Shown here piece by piece: positions 1 through 9,592 of a stretch of DNA of 64,000 nt. Every line of letters begins with the position of its first letter. The first letter of the stretch is position 1. Both the position numbers and the translations under genes were made by a program. The stretch is from positions 1,280,001-1,344,000 of the forward strand of contig CBDCXL010000002.1 of assembly GCA_965223795.1 (NCBI GenBank), written 5' to 3'. Below the pieces are notes generated by a model, which did no database searches, had not been told where the DNA came from, and worked only from the letters and a program-made list of their open reading frames with translations. This stretch comes from Nitrospinales bacterium (GTDB lineage Bacteria; Nitrospinota; Nitrospinia; Nitrospinales; VA-1).

Positions 1-1
1 G

Positions 2-343
2 CGCACGCTGGCGCTTCAGGGCGCGGACCTGATCGCCCATCCCGCCAACCTGGTGCTCAAACACTGCCCGGAGGCGATGATCACCCGCTGCCTGGAAAAC
101 CAGATCTACGTGGTCACGGCGGACCGGGTCGGACGCGAGGAACGCATCGACGGGGAAACGCTGGACTTCATCGGCCAGAGCCAGGTGGTGGACCCGCACG
201 GTCATGTTCTGTACCGGGCGTCGCGCGATCAGGAGGAGATCCAGGTGGTCTCCATCGATCTGGACAAGGCGCGCGACAAGTTTCTCAACGCCCGCAACCA
301 TCTGTTCGAAGACCGCCGGGAAGACCTTTACAGACTCGAATGA
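2..343 (+). CDS. Carbon-nitrogen hydrolase (nitrilase family), 5'-truncated by window edge
   Basis: Open frame from base 2: RTLALQGADLIAHPANL...TRCLENQIYVVTADRVG...FIGQSQVVDPHG...DRREDLY, a typical nitrilase-superfamily C-terminal half. Confidence 0.85.
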   Translation, partial: RTLALQGADLIAHPANLVLKHCPEAMITRCLENQIYVVTADRVGREERIDGETLDFIGQSQVVDPHGHVLYRASRDQEEIQVVSIDLDKARDKFLNARNHLFEDRREDLYRLE

Positions 344-453
344 TTTCTGCTACCCTTGTTGCCTGTTCACCCGCAAATGATTGATTGCCAAGGCAAAGCC
401 ACGCCCCTGTCCGGCTTGGGGCCGGTTGTCTGTTTTATGGAGAAAGGCGAAGC

Positions 454-879
454 ATGGATAAAAACAAGTCGCGGTTTTTGAAGAAAGACGACGGCACGAT
501 TTACGATTCTCTGACCAGCCTGACCTGGCTTGCCAACGATTCGCGGCTGGATCTCGATAAGGAAGTGACCTTTGAGGAAGCGGAACAGTACGCGAAAGAC
601 AAGAACGCCAAGGATTTCGGCGGCCACGCGGACTGGCGTCTGCCCACTGTGCACGAGGCGGCATCTCTGTTCGATAAAAACCACCTGAACAAGGATTTCA
701 AGGGCGGCGACATCAACATCGATTCGGTGTTCCCGCCCGGCATGGGCAACTGCACCTGGACCAGCGACACGCGCGGCAAGGAAGCGCAGATCCTGTTCTA
801 TGTGAACGGCTGCCCCTACTGGTACCGCAAGGACGACAAGACCATCTCGCATGCGGTGCGCCTGGTGCGCCGCGACTGA
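454..879 (+). CDS. DUF1566 / Lcl C-terminal-domain protein
   Basis: DGTIYDSLTSLTW, GGHADWRLPTVHE, WTS and terminal VRLVR motifs; ATG at 454 preceded by GGAGAAAGG. Confidence 0.8.
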   Translation: MDKNKSRFLKKDDGTIYDSLTSLTWLANDSRLDLDKEVTFEEAEQYAKDKNAKDFGGHADWRLPTVHEAASLFDKNHLNKDFKGGDINIDSVFPPGMGNCTWTSDTRGKEAQILFYVNGCPYWYRKDDKTISHAVRLVRRD

Positions 880-881
880 CT

Positions 882-1187
882 CCGGTACCCCGGAGAGGGG
901 ACAGGTCCAGCGATTCGGTGCAGGCGAAACTCGTTCGGCATACGTCAAAAGTCATTCGCCCTGATCCCCGACGCACCCCGCTCCCGGAGGGGGGGACAGG
1001 TCGATCGCTCTAAAGCTCACTGTGGGTCGTCGGCACACCTCGAGTGCTCCTCTCCGGTTTACTGACGTGCCCCGTCCCCGGAGTGGGAACAGGTTCGGCG
1101 GTTCAGCGCAGACGGAAGTTGTTGCGCAGGTTCCCAGAATTTTTTCCTTTTCGACCGGCGGGCCCCGTCCCCGGAGCGGGACAAGCT
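882..1187. repeat. Degenerate tandem array: four ~25-bp hairpin repeats (consensus CCCCGTCCCCGGAGNGGGACAGGT), period 94/94/93 bp
   Basis: Copies at 882-906, 976-1001, 1070-1094 and 1163-1187; GGAG loop at 892, 986, 1080 and 1173. Confidence 0.8.
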
Positions 1188-1219
1188 CAATGGAATGATG
1201 AGTTATGAAGGCGGGCCGT

Positions 1220-1813
1220 TCAATCTTCGAGCAGTTTGGGGTTGGGCAGCTCCAGGCCGAAGGCCTTCACCGTTTCGTCCTGGCGGGTGTAGGCGCGGTA
1301 GAGCTTCTGAAACTCGGGCGTTTCCAGTGCCGGGTCGAGAAGCTTCGCCACCTGCTTGCGGGTGATCGGCTGCAGCGAGCTTTCGGCGAACAGGGAGGTC
1401 GCCACGCCGACCCAGTGGGCCGAGATGAACCCCTGATGCACCAGTCCTTTCACCTCTCCGTAGTAATCCAGCGTTTTTCTCAGCGCGTGCCGGGCGATGT
1501 ACGCCGGCACGCAGCGTCCGATGGCGACGATGCGGGACGGGTTGTCGGCGGGATAGATCCACAGGCGCACGCGCGTTCTCCCCATTTCGGAAAATTCCCG
1601 CTTCACCTGACGCCATTCTTTTTCGTAGCGCTTGGAAATCCAGGCTTCGAGCATCACCGGTTTTTCGGTCACCGGCCGGCAGACCGCCGGTTCGGCGGCG
1701 GCAGCCATGCCTGAGAAGCAAGGCAGGCTCAAAGCGGCGCAAACGATTGCCAAAACACCGCATAGAACGGGAAACGGTCTGCCTGCGTTAAGGGTTTTCG
1801 AATTTTTTGGCAT
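1220..1813 (-). CDS. Putative secreted protein, paralogue of 1788-2330
   Basis: Hydrophobic signal-like N-terminus; shares WISK, GRCVPA..ARH, QGF..HWVG and LLDP.L.T.EFQ.LYR with its neighbour. Confidence 0.75.
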   Translation of the reverse strand: MPKNSKTLNAGRPFPVLCGVLAIVCAALSLPCFSGMAAAAEPAVCRPVTEKPVMLEAWISKRYEKEWRQVKREFSEMGRTRVRLWIYPADNPSRIVAIGRCVPAYIARHALRKTLDYYGEVKGLVHQGFISAHWVGVATSLFAESSLQPITRKQVAKLLDPALETPEFQKLYRAYTRQDETVKAFGLELPNPKLLED

Positions 1814-2330
1814 TGGGACGCTGCAATCCGAAAAAGGGAACGGTTTCGTCCTGCACGGAAAACTTCCGGTACAAGGCTTGAAATTCCTCGGTGCTGAGCT
1901 TGGGGTCCAGAAGCTGCTGCACCTGCTCGGCGTTGACGATCTGCTGGGAGGGCTCGTCGAACACGGTGGTGCCGATGCCCACCCAGTGCGGCGCGAGAAA
2001 TCCCTGGTTCACCAGGCTTTCGATCCCGCCGGTGTATTTCAAGGCGGTGTTGAGGATGTGACGGGCGTGGGGCGCGGGGACGCAGCGGCCCACGGCGACG
2101 ACTTTGGCGGTGTTCCCCATGGGAAACACTTTGAGGACCACGCGCGTGTGCCCGAGCTCGGCGAATTCCTTTTTGATGGCTTTTTTCTGTTTTTTGAATT
2201 TCTTGGAGATCCAGCCTTCGACTTTGACGCGTTTTTTCTCCAGCGGCGGGCAGTCCGTCTCCGCAGCCGCGGAGTGGGTCAAAAACAGCAGCAGGCAAGC
2301 CCCGATCACCGTGAACCGTATTCTTTTCAT
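1788..2330 (-). CDS. Putative secreted protein, paralogue of 1220-1813
   Basis: Start re-assigned to MKRIRFTVIGACLLLFLTHSAAA (Sec signal peptide); same conserved blocks as its neighbour. Confidence 0.75.
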   Translation of the reverse strand: MKRIRFTVIGACLLLFLTHSAAAETDCPPLEKKRVKVEGWISKKFKKQKKAIKKEFAELGHTRVVLKVFPMGNTAKVVAVGRCVPAPHARHILNTALKYTGGIESLVNQGFLAPHWVGIGTTVFDEPSQQIVNAEQVQQLLDPKLSTEEFQALYRKFSVQDETVPFFGLQRPNAKKFENP

Positions 2331-2475
2331 GACTTTTTCCCGGATCGCGCCCACCGGCCAGGCAGGGAAATGTCCTCCGGCGCGCGGGCGTCGTCTGTTA
2401 TAATAAAACACCTTGATACGGGTGCTGTGTAGGCATTGTAACGGAATTTCGGCGGGAAACGAAGTGTCCGGAAAT

Positions 2476-2700
2476 TCAGGCTTTTTTTTGCGTGTATTCC
2501 TCCGCGCACTTTTCGCTGCAGAAGAAAAACTTTTCCTTGCCCACCGTTTTTTCCAGGGCTTCGTTCTTGGGAACGTAGGTTTCGCAGTTCGGATCCTTGA
2601 CCATTTCCCGTGTTGCTTTTTTTTCGGGAGAGGCAAAAAACAGCCGAACCATCCAGATGAAAACGGCGATGATGATGCCTATCAATGCGATGCGTGCCAT
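2476..2700 (-). CDS. Small membrane-anchored YHS/TRASH-domain protein
   Basis: N-terminal TM helix followed by DPNCETYV...FFFCSEKC. Confidence 0.75.
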   Translation of the reverse strand: MARIALIGIIIAVFIWMVRLFFASPEKKATREMVKDPNCETYVPKNEALEKTVGKEKFFFCSEKCAEEYTQKKA

Positions 2701-2839
2701 GCTTCTATTCTAGTTTCTACCAGCATTGAATTCAAGGACGGCGCAAGGTTTTTAAAGCTCAGGCCGCCCCCGGCCCGGCTCGTGAAAACGCTTGAATTTT
2801 CAGCTTTCCGAGACCCGGGCCGCACAGACTTAAGGATCG

Positions 2840-3775
2840 ATGAACAAAGACATATCACCAGAAGAGCTTGAGGGTCACGAAAAACCCGAAGAATCGCTGC
2901 TTCCCGTCAAGCGGACCGACGCTTCGCTGGTTCCGCGCGATCCGCTGACGGCGTACCTGCAGGAAATCCAGAGCCATGAGATGCTCACCGAAGAGGAAGA
3001 GCACCGGCTGGCGGTCAAGTTCAAGGAAGAAGGGGACCTCAACGCGGCGTACCGGCTGACGACGTCGCATCTCATGCTGGTGGTCCGCATCGCCATGACG
3101 TTCAAGCGCGAATGGAACAACCTCATGGACCTCATTCAGGAAGGCAACGTGGGGCTCATGAAGGCGGTCAAGAACTTCGACCCGTTCCGCGGCGTCCGGC
3201 TGTCCGCGTACGCGACCTGGTGGATCCGCTCGTACATGCTGAAATACATCATCGACAACTGGCGGCTGGTGAAGGTGGGCACGACCAACGCGCGGCGCAA
3301 ACTGCTGTTCAACCTGAAACGGGAAAAGGAAAAACTGGAACGGGAGGGGTTCGCGCCGACGACCAAATTGCTGGCGGAGCGGTTCGGCGTCGATGAGGGC
3401 GAGGTGATCGACGTGGAAGCCAGCCTGGGGGCGGCGGATGTGTCGATGGACGCGCCGGTGCATCCGGACAGCCCGGTGACGCCGGAAAATTCGCTGGCCC
3501 ACTCCGATTCCACGGAGCAACAGGTGGAGTCGGATCTTTTCCGCCAGCGGCTGCGCGACAAGCTGGCGCAGTTTACGGTCGATCTCAAGCCCATTGAAAC
3601 GGAAATCCTCAACGACCGGGTGCTGTCCGAATCGCCGCTGTCGCTGCAGGCGATCGGCGATAACCACGGCATCACCCGCGAGGCGGTGCGGCAGGCGGAA
3701 GGCAGGCTGCTGAAAAAACTGAAGGCGTACCTCGAAGAACACCTGCCGGAAGCGGCGGAGTACTTCAAACCCTGA
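2840..3775 (+). CDS. rpoH: RNA polymerase sigma factor, RpoH/sigma-32-like
   Basis: DLIQEGNVGLMKAVKNFDPFRGVRLSAYATWWIR; WRLVKVGTT..RKLLFNL (RpoH-box-like); region 4 TREAVRQAE. Confidence 0.85.
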   Translation: MNKDISPEELEGHEKPEESLLPVKRTDASLVPRDPLTAYLQEIQSHEMLTEEEEHRLAVKFKEEGDLNAAYRLTTSHLMLVVRIAMTFKREWNNLMDLIQEGNVGLMKAVKNFDPFRGVRLSAYATWWIRSYMLKYIIDNWRLVKVGTTNARRKLLFNLKREKEKLEREGFAPTTKLLAERFGVDEGEVIDVEASLGAADVSMDAPVHPDSPVTPENSLAHSDSTEQQVESDLFRQRLRDKLAQFTVDLKPIETEILNDRVLSESPLSLQAIGDNHGITREAVRQAEGRLLKKLKAYLEEHLPEAAEYFKP

Positions 3776-3949
3776 CGCGGGCTCCGGCCGGTGGCGATTA
3801 CGCCTCGTGGCGGCGTGATCCGGCTTCGCGCTCAATTTTCCGGTGCGCCCGCCGGTTTTGCGGGGAACTTTTTATTTTTTTAGGGGAAGCTTTGTTGTTT
3901 GGGCCCGCGGTCGCGGGATCGGGGCTCGATTATTTTGAGGGAGGGGAAG

Positions 3950-5338
3950 ATGGAACATCGCATTGAAACTGACAGCATGGGGGAAATCCAGGTCCCGGCG
4001 GACCGCTACTTCGGCGCGCAGACGGCCCGGTCGCTGATCCATTTCGACATCGGCACGGAAACGATGCCGCGCGAGATCATCCGCGGCATGGGCATCCTGA
4101 AAAAGGCGGCGGCGATCGTCAACTGCAAGCTCGGCCTTCTGGACGCGGAGAAAAAGGACCTGATGGTCCAGGCCGCCGACGAGGTGATCGAAGGCAAACT
4201 CGACGACCATTTTCCCCTGCGCGTCTGGCAGACCGGAAGCGGCACGCAGAGCAACATGAACAGCAACGAAGTGATCGCCAACCGCGCCATCGAGATCAGC
4301 GGCGGGAAAATGGGATCGAAAACGCCGGTCCACCCCAACGATCACGTGAACATGGGCCAGTCCTCCAACGACACCTTTCCCACGGCCATGCACATCGCCG
4401 CGGTGGACCGCATTCACGAGCGGCTGATCCCGACGGTGACGCAGCTGCGCGACACGTTTAGGCAGAAGACCGAGGCGTTCAAGGACATCATCAAGATCGG
4501 CCGCACGCACCTGATGGACGCGACGCCGCTGACGCTGGGGCAGGAATTCAGCGGCTACCGCACGCAGCTCGATTATTCGCTCGACCGCATCCAGAGCTGC
4601 CTGCCGCGCCTGTACCAGATCGCGCTGGGCGGCACGGCGGTGGGCACGGGGCTCAACTCGCACCGCGATTTCGCGGTGATGGTGGCGGAAGAGATCGCGT
4701 CGCTCACCGGCCAGCCGTTCGTCACCGCGCCCAACAAGTTCGAATCCCTGGCCGCGCACGACGCGATCGTCGAGGCCAGCGGCGTGATGAAAACGATCGC
4801 CTGCTCGTTGATGAAGATCGCCAACGACATCCGCTGGCTGGGTTCGGGGCCGCGCTGCGGCATCGGCGAGATCACGCTGCCCGCCAACGAGCCGGGAAGC
4901 TCGATCATGCCAGGGAAGGTGAACCCGACGCAGTCGGAAGCGATGACGATGGTGGCGGCGCAGGTGCTGGGCAACGACACAGCGGTGAACGTGGGCGGCA
5001 GCTCCGGCAATTTCGAGCTCAACGTGTTCAAGCCGGTGATGATCTACAACCTGCTGCAATCGATCCGGCTGATCGCGGATTCTTCGGAATCGTTCAACAA
5101 CCACTGCGCCGTGGGCATCCAGCCGAATCACCTGGCCATCGAAGCGCACCTGAAAAATTCGCTGATGCTGGTGACGGCGCTCAACCCGCACATCGGCTAC
5201 GACAACGCCGCCAAGGTGGCGAAGAAAGCCTACGAGGAAAACACCTCGCTCAAGGAAGCGGTGGTGGCGCTGAGCCTGATGAGCGCCGAGGAGTTCGACG
5301 AGAAGGTGCGCCCGGAAAAGATGACGGGCCCAAAATAA
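3950..5338 (+). CDS. fumC: Fumarate hydratase class II
   Basis: [22 protein letters not shown] and the [13 protein letters not shown] signature. Confidence 0.97.
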   Translation: MEHRIETDSMGEIQVPADRYFGAQTARSLIHFDIGTETMPREIIRGMGILKKAAAIVNCKLGLLDAEKKDLMVQAADEVIEGKLDDHFPLRVWQTGSGTQSNMNSNEVIANRAIEISGGKMGSKTPVHPNDHVNMGQSSNDTFPTAMHIAAVDRIHERLIPTVTQLRDTFRQKTEAFKDIIKIGRTHLMDATPLTLGQEFSGYRTQLDYSLDRIQSCLPRLYQIALGGTAVGTGLNSHRDFAVMVAEEIASLTGQPFVTAPNKFESLAAHDAIVEASGVMKTIACSLMKIANDIRWLGSGPRCGIGEITLPANEPGSSIMPGKVNPTQSEAMTMVAAQVLGNDTAVNVGGSSGNFELNVFKPVMIYNLLQSIRLIADSSESFNNHCAVGIQPNHLAIEAHLKNSLMLVTALNPHIGYDNAAKVAKKAYEENTSLKEAVVALSLMSAEEFDEKVRPEKMTGPK

Positions 5339-5395
5339 ACCGGCGCGGCAACTGTAGATGCGCAAAATTCAAAAACGAACAAAGGAAGGATTCTT

Positions 5396-5851
5396 ATGGA
5401 AATTATTTTCCATATCGCATCTTTTGTTGTTATTTTGCTTTTTTACGCATTAAGTCTGGCCCTGCTCGGGAACATTCTTTTAAAAGCTGTAGCGTTAACT
5501 GATATATATTTATCCAAGCCTATTTCTATAGCATTGGGGTTTACGGGAATATGCTCCAGTGTATTGTGCATTGTTGGAGCTAGTATGCTGATGAAATACT
5601 TTGGCTATACGCTTAGCATGATTCCAGTAATTATTTACAGCGTAATGATACTTTTTGGAATAGCGAAAAATATAGGCGACTCAATAACAATGAAAAGAAT
5701 TAATCTGGAACAAGAAGGCCATTATGTATTAACAGGAGAGAGGGTTCTGAGTGATGCAGATCGTGTGAAGTATAAGTTTATGGGTCAACTCAATGGAACT
5801 CTTATAGGTTTACCTTTGGGAATTATTATTCACTACAACTTTATAATTTAA
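5396..5851 (+). CDS. AT-rich hypothetical membrane protein
   Basis: 151-aa ORF with about four hydrophobic segments, AGGAAGGA RBS, and composition sharply different from the flanks. Confidence 0.65.
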   Translation: MEIIFHIASFVVILLFYALSLALLGNILLKAVALTDIYLSKPISIALGFTGICSSVLCIVGASMLMKYFGYTLSMIPVIIYSVMILFGIAKNIGDSITMKRINLEQEGHYVLTGERVLSDADRVKYKFMGQLNGTLIGLPLGIIIHYNFII

Positions 5852-5871
5852 ACAAATTTCATTCATTTATT

Positions 5872-6149
5872 TCTCGGTGAACACTTCTATAGAAATATAA
5901 ACAAGTAGTCTATCGACCTGCAGATTTCCCAGCAGGAACACTTCAATGAGTTCATCGACCTGCAGACAGGGACGCTACGGCTCGGCCAGCGAGGTGGTGC
6001 GCGCGGGCCTCAGGCTGCTGGAAGAACACGAATCGAAAGTTCAGGCCCTGCGCGCGGCGTTGATCGAAGGGGAAAACAGCGGCCCCGCAAAAAAATTCAA
6101 GGCGGGTTCCTTTTTGTCTTCGGTGAAAAAAAGAAAAAAGAATGGCTGA
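5872..6149 (+). pseudogene. parD: ParD-family (RHH) antitoxin with disrupted/scrambled 5' end
   Basis: [33 protein letters not shown] is intact; N-terminal pieces LGEHF, IDLQISQ and [10 protein letters not shown] are duplicated and not continuous in frame with it. Confidence 0.7.
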
Positions 6150-6432
6150 ATGCCTGCTTCGGCCCAAAGCGGTTGAAGACCTCGAAGGCATCTGGCAATT
6201 CACTATTGAAAACCGGGGGGAAGATCAGGCCGATCAGTATATTCGCGATCTGGAGCAATCCTTTCAGGCGTTGACGGCCAATCCCGGGTTGGGAAGATCC
6301 TGCGATGACATCCGGGAAGGGTATTCTAAATATCCCGCGGGCAAACATCTGATCTTTTACCGGCGCATTCCAAAAGGCATCGAAATCGTCCGCGTCCTGC
6401 ATCAAAGCATGGACCCGGATCTGCATTTTTAA
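6142..6432 (+). CDS. parE: ParE/RelE-family toxin
   Basis: [42 protein letters not shown]; overlaps the parD stop. Confidence 0.9.
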   Translation: MAECLLRPKAVEDLEGIWQFTIENRGEDQADQYIRDLEQSFQALTANPGLGRSCDDIREGYSKYPAGKHLIFYRRIPKGIEIVRVLHQSMDPDLHF

Positions 6433-6548
6433 ACGCTCCCCTTCCTTCACATCCGTGGGACGGATTCCCGTCCACACTCCCGGCCCGCATCAGACTTCGA
6501 CAGCAAACAAGTAAAAATCGAACAGCGTCTGCGTTATTCCAGACCACC

Positions 6549-6573
6549 CTCTCCCTTAGGGAGAGTTTTTTTT
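6549..6573 (+). terminator. Rho-independent terminator
   Basis: CTCTCCC-TTA-GGGAGAG followed by a T8 run. Confidence 0.7.
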
Positions 6574-6609
6574 ATGGATTCGGGATCGGTGAAGCCGCTG
6601 TGCGGGAGG

Positions 6610-7623
6610 TCACTCGGCGTATTCGAACATGCGCTCGACGCAACGCAGGGCGTCCTTCTGCACGTCGGAGCTGAGTGTGATGATGTTGCCGGACCGGGGG
6701 TTTTCGAGGACGTTTAAAATGTCCTCCAGCGAATTGGATTTCATGTAGCGGCAGGTGGTGCAGCTGCCGACGAACTTGCGTTCGGGAAACTCGGACTGCA
6801 ACACGCCGGTGAGCCCGCATTCGGTGAGCAGGAAAAAAGTGTCGCGGTCAGACTGGCGCACGTGGTTGAGCATGCCGGAGGTGCTGCCGACGAAATCGGC
6901 CTTGTCCACGACGCTGGGCTGGCATTCGGGGTGCACGAGGACCTCGACGCCGGTGAAGTTTTTGCGCACCTGGTCGATGCTTTCGGGCTGATACTCTTCG
7001 TGCACGTAGCAGGTGCCGTCGTACACTTCGATCTGCTTGTGCACGCCTTTTTTCGTCAGGTGCTTGATGACGTTCTCGCCCATGAGACGGTCGGGCAGGA
7101 AAAAGATTTTATCGTTATCGATGCGCTCGATGATTTTGTACACGTTGGACGAAGTCACGCACACGTGGCACTGCGCCTTCACCGCGGCGGTGGTGTTGAT
7201 GTAGCACACGAAGGTGTGGTCGGGAAACTCGGCGCGCAGCCGCTTCACATCGCCTGCGGTGATGCCGTCGGCGAGGGTGCAGCCGCCGTTGGGATTCGGG
7301 TCGAGCACGGTCTTTTCGGGATTCAGGATCTTCGCGGTCTCGGCCATGAAGCGCACCGCCGCGAACACGATGACATCGGCGTCGGAATCGCGCGCGGTTC
7401 TGGACAGGCCGAAGGAGTCGCCGGTGTGGTCGGCGACGCCGTAAAGGATCTGCGGCGCGACGTAATTGTGCGCCAGCACGATGGCGTTTTTTTCGCGCTT
7501 GAGCTCCTCGATCCTCTTGATCGTGGGCATGAGGGTTTCGCAGGTCTCGCGGGTGAACTTGCAGACCGGGTTGCCCACCTGGATGTCCTTCAGTTTTTCG
7601 TAGAGTGTTTCCGCTGTGACCAT
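6610..7623 (-). CDS. nadA: Quinolinate synthase A
   Basis: VLAHNY, GDSFGLS, FMAETAKILNPEK, YINT.A.VKA, CYVH, HPEC, C.YMK. Confidence 0.95.
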   Translation of the reverse strand: MVTAETLYEKLKDIQVGNPVCKFTRETCETLMPTIKRIEELKREKNAIVLAHNYVAPQILYGVADHTGDSFGLSRTARDSDADVIVFAAVRFMAETAKILNPEKTVLDPNPNGGCTLADGITAGDVKRLRAEFPDHTFVCYINTTAAVKAQCHVCVTSSNVYKIIERIDNDKIFFLPDRLMGENVIKHLTKKGVHKQIEVYDGTCYVHEEYQPESIDQVRKNFTGVEVLVHPECQPSVVDKADFVGSTSGMLNHVRQSDRDTFFLLTECGLTGVLQSEFPERKFVGSCTTCRYMKSNSLEDILNVLENPRSGNIITLSSDVQKDALRCVERMFEYAE

Positions 7624-7627
7624 CGCT

Positions 7628-7972
7628 TCACCCCGGAGGCCATTTGAGGCCCCTGCCACCCAACAGGTGGAAGTGAATGTGAAAGACGGACTGACCGGCG
7701 CCTTCGCCGCAGTTGAGCACCAGCCGGTACCCTGTTTCGCTCAGGCCGTTCTCTTTCGCCAGTTCGTTGGCGACGGAAAACACCGAACCGTTCCAGACAT
7801 CGTCGCTGGCGTCGATCTCCCAAAGGGTCGCAACGTGCTTTTTGGGAATGATCAGAAGGTGAACCGGTGCCTGCGGGTTGATGTCCTTGATCGCGAACAG
7901 GGTTTTCCCGTCGTATACTTTTTCAGATGGGATTTCTCCTTTTTCGATTCGACAAAAAAGACAATTTTCCAT
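7628..7972 (-). CDS. hinT: HIT-family nucleotide-binding protein
   Basis: CLFCRI..GEIP, DINPQAPVHLLIIPKKH, GQSVFHIHFHLLGGR...WPPG. Confidence 0.93.
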   Translation of the reverse strand: MENCLFCRIEKGEIPSEKVYDGKTLFAIKDINPQAPVHLLIIPKKHVATLWEIDASDDVWNGSVFSVANELAKENGLSETGYRLVLNCGEGAGQSVFHIHFHLLGGRGLKWPPG

Positions 7973-8128
7973 TTTTCAATGAGTTGTTTGAGTGGGAAAA
8001 GGATTTCCAAATATAGCAATTTATTCCGCAAGGTGCCAAAATAATTCGCATGGAGGCATGCGTGCACAACGCCGATCCCCCGCCGCGCGGACGGGAAGCA
8101 TTCGCGCGTTTCAGGCTAGCGATGGATT

Positions 8129-9592
8129 TCAGTCTTTGTCTTTGGTTTTACCGGATTCCGGAGGCAGGAGGTCCATGCTTTTTAAATACTCGCGGATCTC
8201 GGACTTGTAGGAGATGAACGGGTCCACCATGAGGAAGGGTTCTTCGTTCTTGCTCAGGCGGAATCCGATCCAGTCGATCAGGTATCCGGCGTGGGTGCCC
8301 ATGAGGGCCTTGATGAGCTCGCCGCGCCCGTCGGCGCGCGTCCCTTTGGGCGGATTGGTCTTTGCGTGCGTGACGGCAGCGTCGTTGCTTTTGCGGAACG
8401 CGTCGCCGCTTTCCTCGAGTCCCCAATACAGGCCGCGCTCGCGGTTGAGGTTGTGGTACTCGAGGTCCTGGCTTTTGAGCCAGGGGTCCTGCCAGTCGAG
8501 ATTCTCTTCACTCTGGAATTCGCGCAGCATCCAGTACTTGCTGGCCCAGTCGACGCGGCCGAGCAGGGCTTCCGGGCCTTTGGGGAGGTCGTTTAAGATC
8601 GACTCCCAATGGGTCAGCACCCAGTCGGTCTCGCGGCTGGAACCGGCCAGGTGTTTTTTCGCCACGGCCATGATCTCCAGCTGCAATTCGAGGGCGGTGG
8701 AGCGGTTGCCGTCGCGCAGGGCGATCTCCCATTTGAACTCGGCGTCGCGGGAGATGGAACGCATGGCGCCCACCGATTCGGCGAGGATCCACTCGCGGTT
8801 GGCGAGGCCCAGCTCCATCAGCTCGAGCATGAGCGCGGTGGTGCCCATCTTGAGCGCGGAGGCGAACTCGCTCATGTTGGAGTCGCCGACCAAAAGGTGG
8901 ATGCGCCGGTACTTGCTGGGGTCGGACAGAGGCTCGTCGCGCGTGTTGACGATGGCGCGGTTGTACTGCACCCAGCGGTAAAACTCGTTGGGGATGTGGT
9001 CGGCGCGCTGGGAAATCTGGAAGTTCACTTCCTCTTCGTCCTGCACGTCCATCGAGATGCCGTCCCAGTCGCGGAACGGATGCGGGTTGCAGGCGCCGAT
9101 GCGGCCGGCGCCGCAGAAGATCTGGCGCGTCACCAGAAATGCGGACAGCAGTTTCAGGTTGTCGCGCTCGTCGAATGGAAACGAGCGGCTGACGAGATAG
9201 TTTTCGTGGCAGCCGAAGGTGGCGTTGGTCTCCAGGTCGACGTTGTTCTTGATGATCGAAACCTGTTCGGCCCAGCCCAAATCCTCGACCGCATCCTGAA
9301 TCAACTGATCGCCGGCGCGGTCGTAGGTGATGAGGTCCACCAGGTTGGAGCATTCGGGGGAAGCGTATTCCAGGTGCCCCATGTCGAGGTACAGGCGGCC
9401 GCCGTTGGACAGGAATCCGCCGTTTCCCGGAGGCTCGTCGTTGGCGCGGTAATGCAGGTCGAGCACGCCCATGCCCTTGGAGAAGACATGGTTTTTGATC
9501 CGGTTGGCGATCTCGACGGGATCGTAGCGGAACTCGTTGTCGCGGATCAACAGGCCGTATTCGGTTTCCAGTCCGTAAATGCGTTTTTTCAT
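8129..9592 (-). CDS. PafA-like (Pup/UBact) ligase
   Basis: RIYGLETEYG, FLSNGGRLYLD.GH.EYASPEC, GCHENYL, SQRADHI, NTRDEP, RRIHLLVGDSN. Confidence 0.9.
   Translation of the reverse strand: MKKRIYGLETEYGLLIRDNEFRYDPVEIANRIKNHVFSKGMGVLDLHYRANDEPPGNGGFLSNGGRLYLDMGHLEYASPECSNLVDLITYDRAGDQLIQDAVEDLGWAEQVSIIKNNVDLETNATFGCHENYLVSRSFPFDERDNLKLLSAFLVTRQIFCGAGRIGACNPHPFRDWDGISMDVQDEEEVNFQISQRADHIPNEFYRWVQYNRAIVNTRDEPLSDPSKYRRIHLLVGDSNMSEFASALKMGTTALMLELMELGLANREWILAESVGAMRSISRDAEFKWEIALRDGNRSTALELQLEIMAVAKKHLAGSSRETDWVLTHWESILNDLPKGPEALLGRVDWASKYWMLREFQSEENLDWQDPWLKSQDLEYHNLNRERGLYWGLEESGDAFRKSNDAAVTHAKTNPPKGTRADGRGELIKALMGTHAGYLIDWIGFRLSKNEEPFLMVDPFISYKSEIREYLKSMDLLPPESGKTKDKD

Noticed and set aside
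882..1187. Canonical CRISPR array
   Set aside because: The repeats are degenerate, the intervening segments are 68-69 nt and related to each other, and no cas genes were recognised; kept as an unexplained array.
454..1200. Diversity-generating retroelement targeting the DUF1566 gene
   Set aside because: No reverse transcriptase and no template-repeat copy of the gene's 3' end were seen in the window; remote targeting cannot be excluded.
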